Assembly: GCA_010093705.1 (NCBI GenBank)
Contig: MU006089.1
Coordinates: forward strand, 2,777,561-2,841,560
Length of the DNA stretch: 64,000 bases
Origin: Patellaria atrata CBS 101060
Lineage: Eukaryota
Direction of reading: 5' to 3'
The position numbers were made by a program, and so were the translations under genes. A model generated the notes under the pieces. It had not been told where the DNA came from. It saw only the letters and a list, made by a program, of their open reading frames with translations, and ran no database searches. Below are positions 52,201 to 64,000 of this stretch, piece after piece (position 1 is the stretch's first letter; each line of letters begins with the position of its first letter).

Positions 52201-54011
52201 CATCCCAATTTCTCCCGGCGTTTGACGTATCCCACACCACCCAATTTGCATCACGTTTATGATGCACAAACCCAACCTAATCACGCTCTTGTATTGCAGA
52301 TCCGGAAAAGAATAACCGGTTTCCAACGCTCGAGCACAATGAGTCTGTGTCTTGGTTGTTGCGTTTCAGAAGATAGAAGCTAACGAGAGAGGAAGGGGTT
52401 TTATATAGTAGAGATCCACAGGTAGGAAGAGGGGATGGTATCTCGATCACGAGAAGGGATATGTCATGAGGTATTAGGGGAATAGAGGGCGTATGATATA
52501 CTTCCAATCGGAAGGGATGCCATCACATTACTGAGACGCAAAATCGCCGGCGTGGAGATCCGTACATAAACCCTCCTATTCCTCTCAGAATCCTTTCTCC
52601 AACAACTGAGCCGTAGGTTTCATGGAGTGGTAGACTCTAATGGCCATCTAAAGATGCTATTGCGCTCCGCATACATAAGAAAGATTTCCCATTCGGCTTT
52701 GGGCTTGTCCTGGGTATACGCCCATTCTAAACCAAAATTCCCAAAGATACTTACAACGGCAGTAAACCTCCAGCTCGAAACTGACCCCTTGATCCCTCGA
52801 GCCTGAACCCCATCACTGTAGTCACACGCTCCTCAGAGTCCAAGATTCTCACCACCATCAGTACTCTCAATTTTATTCCAACTCAGACTGCATCCTGATC
52901 CCCCTCCCCCATTTCCATTTCCACTTCCTCCATCTCACACAACCACACCCTCCCTCCACCCAATAAAGAATTGATGTAGCAGTGTCACCACACACACGCA
53001 ATCAATATGGTAAGGTCTTTCATCTCAAGACAATACCACAACTGAATCTCCATCCACCCAATTTTATGCATGATTCTAATATCTCAAGGACTCAACCACC
53101 CAAAAGAGGTGCGCTATCGTTGAAAAAAGACAAACACCGAGTGAGAAAAGGAAGGTGTTAAATAATCAAGATTCCTGGGGGACCGGGTCGTAAGAAAATA
53201 GTACTCATGACGAATTGGGCAACGTATGACCGGTTCAGCTGATTCGGGGACGATATCATGTAACATGCTATCATACGGGAATGTGAGCTAGTTATCCCAC
53301 AATATGGTGGTTGTACTGTCCGCAAACTTGACCTCAGGCTAGTCCTTTCCCTATTACGGGTTGATTCGCTTACTGCACGCTCGCTCCCGGGGGAATCTCC
53401 GACCTTGCTGTACAGACGAGTACAAACCATAAAGAACACGTAGCAGTACGTAGGATTCGACCATGTAGATACTGGAGATTGGCTGATACTGCGGGTTAAT
53501 AATTTCCCATTACCTGTTTACCAAGCGTACAGAGCCCTAAGAACATCCACGGGAGAGGGAGAGTAATTTTATTTGCAAGTACAAGCATATGCAATAAACA
53601 TCTAGAATTGCAGTGATTCAAACTTGAAGATATTATATTCTCACATCCATGTCTACCCTAGCATGTCCTCATCATCAGCGTAGGAGAGAGGAAGTAATAA
53701 GAAAAATTTGAATGGCATTGACACAACTCATCTCGTCGTCGCCTAGAAGCCTCTAGCCAAAGCTAATTGTTCCCCAGACATCAAACCATTGACTTGAACA
53801 AATGAAGAGGTGTTGAATATACGTCCACTGTGAAAATGTACTGCAGGAAATGTAAAAGTAGGCATCGACATGTTTAGCATATGCGCTAATGACGGATGGA
53901 AGGCGTGGTGGAAAAGAAGACTTTTCGTTTATATGGGTATGATATGTGGCATGATGATGAAAAGAGTCCTGCAAACATGTAATCATAGAAGAAGAAGGGG
54001 TATCTCGTCGT

Positions 54012-56411
54012 TTATCGGAACCTGGCTGAACAACGGCCCATGACCTCACCCTGGCAGACAAGTTCGGCGTTGAACTCACTACCGTCAAGAGTGAGATATA
54101 TGTCGAAGTAGACGCGGTAGAATGTGCCTTGAGGAGTATCCATGCGTTCGAAGTCCTTCTCAAGGTTCTTTCTTGAGAGATCAGAGGTAAGCGTGACAAC
54201 TTCCTTGATACCTGGATGTGTGTTAGAATCGTTCTATTGACTTCACAGAATAAAACTTACGAGGATCCTTGGTATATTCGGGACAAACATCGTCATCACA
54301 AGCGTATAAAATATCTTCATACATGAGAGTTGCACCTGGTGCCACCTGTCGGAAGAAAGAAACTTTGACAGGCTCTCCAATCTTGACTCGCTGGCCTTTC
54401 TGGACGAATATTTGCCTGGTGTACTTGCAACGATCTTTGCCGTCCAGGGAAGGTACACGGTATTGTTCTGGGTGATGGCCCTCCTTGAACGGTTGGAGAG
54501 TAGCCATAAGGTAATGCCGACGAGCGACACGATGAGTGACCACCCGCTCTGTGATACCTGCTGTGACTGCACCCTTAACGATGGCAGCTACTGAGTCCAT
54601 AGGACGGACGACCTTAGATTGGAATTGAGGAGGAACGTGGAGTTTGATTTGCTGGAAAAGATATTCTGAAGCGCCGAAACCACCCACAACAAGCACGTTC
54701 TAAGACAAGTAAGCGAGTGGTCTGCTATAGAAAAGTTGGTACATACCTGCAATGCTCTGTTTTGAGCTTGAATAGCGATGATTTGATTTCTTACAAGCTC
54801 CAAGATCCTATTAACTACAGGTTCGAAGCACTGTAAGATCTCCTCATTCGTAAAAGTCATGTATCCTTCCTCGATACCAGCTTCTGGGAATTCTGCTTCA
54901 ATACCAACGTCAACGGCCCATTTCTGACCGTTATTTCTGAAGTCTGCTTTAATTCTGTTTTCGAAGTCCATGATACACTTCGCATATACCTTTCCAGCTG
55001 TTCTTGAACCGTCCGGGAGCTTCATTTTCCTGATCTTGGCACGCAGAATGTTGCTAAAATTTCGATTGAGCGCCGTTGAACCGCACGAGTCACCTGAGCC
55101 TGCAGTACATTCAGCTACAGAGAACGGTTGCTCCTCCTCTACCTCATAGGCGATCAAATCGACAGTGCCGCCACCGCAATCGACGATGAGCACTGCATCG
55201 TGTATCTTGAGGTTTAGAAGACCAGTCTTGGAACAGAACATAGCGGCTGCTTCAGGTTCTGTAATCAGTGTCAGACGGTTGTCGTTCTCGTCTCGTAAGA
55301 ATCCAGCTTGAATGGCTGCGGCTCTCGTTGCGGCTTTACCCGCATCATTCCAGATGGCCGGGACCGTGAGAAAGTATTTGATGTTGCGCTCCTCCCGATT
55401 GAATACCTCGCCTAGGGTTTTCTGTAACTGATTTCTCATCGCTTGTCGTAGGTGGAAGAGATAGTCTGCTGCAACATCAATCTCAGACTTCCCTGGTGGG
55501 AGAGGAGGAAGATTGATGGGGTCAATATATGTATTGCCAGAAAGCATGAGCTGTAGTTTAAACCATTCAACCTTCTGGACACCAGGTTTAGGGTATCCGG
55601 TGGGCGCGAGGGCATCCGAGATGTCAGGGCCCCAACCTACGACTTTTTGATACTGATCATAGTAGAGAACTGTGGGTATCTGGAACATATTGTCAACACT
55701 GATCACGTCATATGGTAAAACTGTGTGTTATACCTTTTGTTTTGTCTGATTTCCAGCTCCCGGCCACTCAGTTATGATGTCTTCCTTTGCTTCAGTGTTT
55801 GTTGCAAAAGCGAAAGCAACGCCAGAAAAGGTTGTTCCCTAAGTGAACGACTGTTAGATATAGCAATTCTGAAATAGTGGAGAGGATGATCGTACAAAGT
55901 CTATTCCGACAATCAATTGGGCCTTACTCCTGCCCGCACCTTCCACTTCTACAGCGGTAGCACCTGGGGGTCTTTGATAGGACTGTGGTCCCGCTGGAGG
56001 AGGACCACCATACGGATGCTGTCCGAATCCTTGTTGAGGTGGTGGTATGTATCCAGGTGGTCCTTGAGGAGGTTGTTGGCCATACAACTGTTGCTGTTGT
56101 GGCGGGTAACCGTGTCCAGGAGCAGCACCGGTGTTGATAGGCGGTGGAGGCATGGGGCTGGTCGGTCTGCCATGTTGTTGTTGCTGAGGGGCGAGTCCTC
56201 CGGGAGGAGCGTAAGTGTACGACGGCGGGCGGCCGAGAGGATTGTTTGGATTCATTGGGAGTGAGGTGGTAGAGGAACTGGGGTTGGAGGGAGGGGAGAG
56301 CGAAGAGGAACTGCCTAGAGGCGGGGTGGTGTTCGTTGGGGACGCGACGTTGTTCGATGATCGTCTTCGCGAGCCTACAAGATTTTTAAAGCGAGCGTTC
56401 ATGGACGACAT
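54012..56411 (-). CDS. Hsp70-like actin-fold ATPase (HSPA12-like fungal family)
   Basis: LIVGIDFGTTFSGVAFA, LTVPAIW, ITEPEAAA, IVDCGGGTVD, VVGGFGASEYL; low-complexity P/Q/G N-terminus; four introns; ends GRCSARFR*. Confidence 0.92.
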
Positions 56412-57661
56412 GAATTATATTAAGAGAAAAGGACGGGAAAGGAGGGAGGAGGTGTGGAGGGGTTTTTCCCTTGGGAGTGAGCTGTTCGAAAGGTTTCGGG
56501 GCTGCTTGGGTGCGGCTGAGAAAGCACAAGAACTTCAGCCTTGCCTTACAGTATGGATTACGGGTAGTATCATGAGCACGCCTAACCATAAACGTGACAA
56601 TTAACCTGGTTTAAGCTGCCGCAGTGAGTTTCAAAAAAGGTCAAGAAGAGTTGCTCAAGACTTTCGGAAAAAGCTTCAAGTATCCGTATTCGGATCCGAA
56701 GGAAAAGCCCCAAACAATTAAACAAAGGGTGGAGGCGCAGATGACAAGTCCAACAGGTTCATAACTAGGTATCATCCACGAGCCCGTTCTTTGGGGGCAC
56801 AGAATGAGGGGCATAATAAGTATGGACACTCTACTGTACAGTGTACTGTAACATTTGAAGCAAACCCAAGCAACCCTAATGCCACTCACGCCGTCAGACC
56901 GGTGAAGAAAATCCCGATCATCCAGCGAAATCCTATCAAAATTTCTGGGGTTCGTCTTTGTCCCTTAATAGATCTACAAGAGGCACAGAAGGCCCCCGAT
57001 CGTGCATCTCTTTTGACCTTCTAGACTCCAATATCAAAACACAAAGAAGCAACATACTATGCAAACAAAGACTTTGCGAGTTGAGTTTTCGGAGACCCGT
57101 AGGTCTCATTAAATGATCAGTTTGATTGGTAGCCTAGCTATCTACATAGAAAGGCACATGCTCCTCCCTGACACGTTTTTGTGAAGATGCATTGGGAGCT
57201 ATGTTCCTAGAGGTAGGGGACAGAACGTCGTAGGGAACAAAACGTCGTGCAATGAGTCCAGCCCAGGTCTACTCCAGGTCCCCAACACCGATCCATACCC
57301 TCCATTTTCGCCATCCGAAAAAACCTGAAGACCGAAACACCGTCGCTGCTTGAAAGTACTAGATGCTTTTTCTATCTTTTTGATACTATTTTCGCCTTTT
57401 CGAATTAGAAAGGGGTGGAGCGGAAAACACAAACCTCGAATTGAAAGCATTATCAGACGTCCCCATGGGGATCGAAGCTAGGCGCGACTTTTGTTTGCTA
57501 TTTGTTGATTTCCATTGACGAGGATCGATTCGAATATTTAGCGTCTTTCTCAAATGTCGTGCTCGGGCGGGTATCTGGACACAGCAAAATCTGTCAGAGG
57601 CATCGACACGGTAAAATAGTCCTCCGATCGAGGAACAAATTAGTAAACAAGACCTTAGAAT

Positions 57662-59910
<2,249 letters not shown>

Positions 59911-60477
59911 TATTTGATTTAAAGCCTTAAAACTCTATGCCATACGGGCGAGAAGGTAGTAGTTTGGATGAAAAGACGATCTTCGGCGGAGGAGTAGCGC
60001 AGGAATAGTAGGTCAAGTTCGTGGAGAGTGGAGGCGCGAACCAGCATCACGGGAAGACGAGAGTCATATATGTGACTTGTGATCAATAATAATGCCGGGC
60101 TCAGAGTCTAGTTGATCCGGCAAGGCATCGAAATGATAGTCCTAAAGTGTGAGAAAATCTTTGGAAGCGGCGTAGCGAACGTGTTGACGGGAAAGGTAGT
60201 ACTAACGTCTGGTGCACGGACCACCAACGTGTCACTACTTTACTTCACCTCAGCCCTAGGGATTAATATGTACAAGTACTGGTAGTCTGATTAAACAGAT
60301 AGACTTAGATAGTAGTAGATAGAAGCTTGTTATAGTAAGGTATTGACCTCTTCAATTTCTACTCGGTTACGTCATTTTCATCTTCATCAGTTATCTAGTC
60401 ATAGTTATATTTCCTGCTTTATTCGGTACTCTTAATTGTGGCATATAAACCAAGAATTGGATACAATTTAGTAACTA

Positions 60478-60581
60478 GTGAAGGTGAATGGCCTAAGGGT
60501 GTTCGAACGGCGACTAACAATTCATCCAAACTGGGAAAAAAAAAATTTGTCCCCGGTTCGATCCCAGTCTTTCGCATTTTT
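60478..60581 (+). pseudogene. tRNA-like / Pol III-promoter remnant
   Basis: A-box-like TGGCCTAAGGG (60489), B-box GGTTCGATCCC (60555), GTGAAGG/CTTTCGC-A acceptor-like pairing, T5 terminator; T-stem and anticodon arm imperfect. Confidence 0.3.
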
Positions 60582-61593
60582 ATATGAACTATATGGTACG
60601 CCTCAGTCATCGTATGTTAGTTGTATACTCATCTGGCCGCGCTTCGAATTTAAAGAACAAATGGCTTCAGGATAGATACTAGTCTATGTTCGTACAGCAT
60701 GCAATTGTTCTAACTAGTTGATTAGATGTAGCGGAGTCAAACGCCCAAAGGATTCCCTTCCCAAAGCTACCGCACAGTAAGACATGTGTACAAGAAAGCA
60801 AAACATATTGCACTATAATCTGTAACCTAGGGTGTTATGGAATAGAGGTAAACCGCTGTTCCTGGCGAATTTAACAACCAAAAGGCGCTTTCACATGCCT
60901 AGTCTCCCGAACTCACTTCCATCAGAGTTTTACACCAAGCAGTTGTACATATAACGCACCTCAAACTCGTTCCACTTAGGTCGTATTGCAAACAGGTACC
61001 GGATTGCACATGTAGCCCTCGGCAATGAACAAATCAGTAACCACGCTTCAAGCAGCAGAGCTTGTTCAACTTACCTAAAGACGTAGTATACAGTGGCGGA
61101 AGAGCTAAAATTGAGGAAGTGCTGTACTGTTTGTAGGGTCTTATTTAGTATGAAAGAAGTAGGGTGTGGAGAAGGCGACAGAGTATTTTGGCTGTGTTGA
61201 TACGTGGTTTCGGGACTGGTTGGGGTTGTGTAAGGTGGATTTAGGGTGATTGAAAGGAGAAGGAGACAGAAGATTCGAGTCGAGTAGGTTGAGACTCGGA
61301 TGAAGTTATCTTTATTGCTAGCTGATAAGGTGGTCAGGCGTACATTCTACTATGATTCAGAAGTGATATAACTCTGACTTACAGTCAACATCAGGGAGTA
61401 CATGGAATGTAGAGATTAGGCGGAGACAAACCACATCCTTTATTCCCTATACTAGCTTTGTCGACTGAAGTAAGTATCAATTAAAATGGTAGTAAATTAT
61501 TATTAGGATCAGACAAGTGTTGGGTTTAGGGTATCATATTGCTCATTAACGGTTACCACCTATACATCCAAGTTAAAACCATCTCCTCTGCTT

Positions 61594-63221
61594 TCAATCA
61601 AAGCATTCATCCCATTTCCCACCATGCCTAGCAAATGACAAGCTCTCTACAAAATTATCCAGCGTGCAGCGGCCCAGACTATCACCTTCGCATGTCTCAA
61701 GGGGTAACACTCTATCATTCAGTACCACCCTCACCAACTCATCATCTATACCGTCACACTTCATCTTCTCAAAGTACGCACGGGCTGCAAATGGCACAGT
61801 ACGAGCAGCAGAATACCCATGCGTCTCTTCTATGCTCATGCGTGTCGTATTAGACAGCTGCGGGACGTTGTGGAACATCTCAAGCGCGCTAAAGATGTCT
61901 GTCATATCGTTGTCATGACTAAAATCTGCGAACAGAACATGACCTTTGCCTAAGGGGAAAGTCTCTGGATGGTCGTCCAGCGTATGATTAGTGGAGGTAT
62001 GATCCTGAAGGGGTTTACCCGTTAATCGGGCAATAAGCTCATTCGCAAAGCCCACACCTTGCGTTGGGCCGAGCGGGTTGCCGTGGCTGAAGCCATACCA
62101 TTTACCAAGGGTTTGGTACCAGTCATAGATGCGCCATTCATCTTCATTGAAGAGGTCACAGAAAGGGGAGATCTCGCCGGTTGGGGAATGAACCGTCTCA
62201 AAGGCGCAGAGATCCATGAGATAACTAGCTTCTTCCGAGGAAACCTTGAGGCCTGGGAGTTCCCGCTCGAGTCTCTCTTGAATTACAGGGAAAGCTTCTT
62301 TGGCGTACTTGTCTTGGGCAATGGCTGCGAGGTGGCCATTATGACCAGTATCGCTTTCGAAATTCTTGCATAGGCCGTGATTCAACGTGTTATTAGATCC
62401 AGGTGCTTCACTAATGACTACAAAATCATAGTGTCGACCATCTTTAATCGAGTCCTTATTCATAAGGTCGGACATCTTCGCTTGGTGGAAACCTTCAATC
62501 CAGTATTGTGCGGACATGACTACCCTGTCCTGACCTGACGCTCTAACAAAAGGCATGTAATCCACGGCAAGATCTCTGTACCGTTCATAGTATTTGATTC
62601 CGGAGTCATAAAGTTCTTGCTCCCCGAACTTGCTCAGTTGATCTTCCCCGAGAGTGTACTCATAGTCTTTCAAAAAAGCATATTTCCCATCAAACACTTC
62701 CACATCCGACTTGATTTTCTTCACCAAGTTCCTATAGTAAATGGTCTTGTATGCCGTTGGGTCCCGAGCCCCGTGCCTGGACAAGATCTGTACGAAAGTG
62801 ATCTTGCAGGTATCGGGTACCGTGTTATTGATCTCCGATGGGACACTAAAGTACGGAGAATATTGACCCCAGTAGTGGGATATTTCTGGCCTGCATTGGT
62901 ATCCATGCTGACGTGTATCACACGGATTCCCAGGACGTTGGACCTGTGAAATATCGGTTCTGAGCCACGATCTAATGTGATCGCAAAGGATTAGTGCTAT
63001 AGTTTAGGAAGGGGTATGTGTTGGGAGTCGCACATTGGATGTCTTATGAAAAAGACGACAGCAGTAATGGTTGCAAGAGCGACCCATAATCTCCGTAGGG
63101 ACGAGTCCTCCTTTAAGAGCTTCCGGGACGGTGATCGCTCGAATCTGTGCACGGGTAATTCTGACTGGAATCGTCCGGCCTTGTGTGGGACGCGAATTCT
63201 GTTGAAGTTCTGTTTCTCCAT
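61594..63221 (-). CDS. phyA: 3-phytase (histidine acid phosphatase)
   Basis: WGQYSPYF, RHGARDP catalytic motif, DFSHDN, VRVVLNDRV, GRCTLDNFV; intron ~62973-63033; N-terminal hydrophobic segment. Confidence 0.93.
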
Positions 63222-64000
63222 TTTGACGATAAGGTTGGGAGAGAACAGAGTACCGGACTCTTTTCAATTGGGAAATCGTTCAGGACATGCCCCAAACCCA
63301 AGCTGCCAGCAGTTTGAGGGGAGACAACAAGGTGAAGATTGCTAACAGAAAGGCTTGGTGGTCTGCGCTCAGGAGAATGTCCCGTCCTAAGCGGCAGCGC
63401 CACTTCCATTAAAACCATCAGGGTAAGTGCCAAGACGTGGCTAGTATGTGGCTGTGCGGTGCACGTACAGTTTTATGTCAGCCGAATAAAGCCAAACAAG
63501 ACAAACTCGGAGACAGCAAGAACCGTCAGTCCGTCAATGCTCTTTACCAGCTTCACACGCTCCACCACCACAATTAAATTCCCCATATTCTCCGTATGAA
63601 TATCCATCACCCAAATTCTCGTTTATGCGAACTGTCCATGTAGAGATCTTGCCAAGTTTGAGTGGCTTTCTTCTGTTTGCTTATTTCCATCTTTATTGTA
63701 CATACAGTACATACATTCTCCTCTAAATCATCATCAATTGTTGGAATTGGAGTTCAAAGTTGGTCTTCCATAACCTTCCCTCAACTCCTTCCGCCCTCAA
63801 TCTCAATTGCCCACCCGAACTCGGCCACGATCGTCCACACGTCTATCAGATATCGGTCAAGTCACGGGAGAACGCCTTTGGGATTTGAGGGTTTCGCTTC
63901 TTATCGCGGGGTCGTTAGTCGATGCACCAGCTGCTCTTGATGGTACACAAAGTAGATCTATACATCAGCCACGAAGGATTCCCAGGGCTATAAAACGGAC

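Noticed and set aside
47400..53750. Intact transposon, CRISPR-like array or repeated-peptide gene in the large gap
   Set aside because: No transposase/RT motifs, no exact regularly spaced repeats, and the apparent PNG...LYPF peptide repeat is not within one open frame.

Overview
Gene-dense nuclear DNA from a filamentous ascomycete (Pezizomycotina; short GT-AG introns with CTRAY branch points). About 21 intact genes are recognisable: F-box-like protein, AA11-type LPMO, isochorismatase, OMP decarboxylase (pyrG/URA3), a divergent FET3-FTR1 iron-uptake pair, BTB-like protein, small secreted protein, DHA1 MFS, prefoldin 4, GABA/choline-type permease, DAL5-type MFS, bZIP factor, a molybdenum-cofactor MoaA/MoaC gene, a conserved hypothetical protein, sideroflexin, Lhs1, an HSPA12-like Hsp70, poly(A) polymerase and phytase. 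There is also a decayed glutamine-synthetase-like pseudogene. Most notable observations: (1) the Moco gene has a splice donor inside the terminal Gly-Gly-stop of MoaA, allowing a switch between free MoaA and a MoaA-MoaC fusion; (2) the AA11 LPMO has Phe at the usual Tyr copper-site position and an internal Cys/His-rich, KR-terminated insert; (3) degenerate LTR-like repeats are shared between two gene-free gaps (25-28 kb and 47.4-53.7 kb); (4) a candidate 4-exon orphan gene. All exon boundaries and family assignments were made by eye; no database search was run. I do not see a clearly new multi-gene system here.
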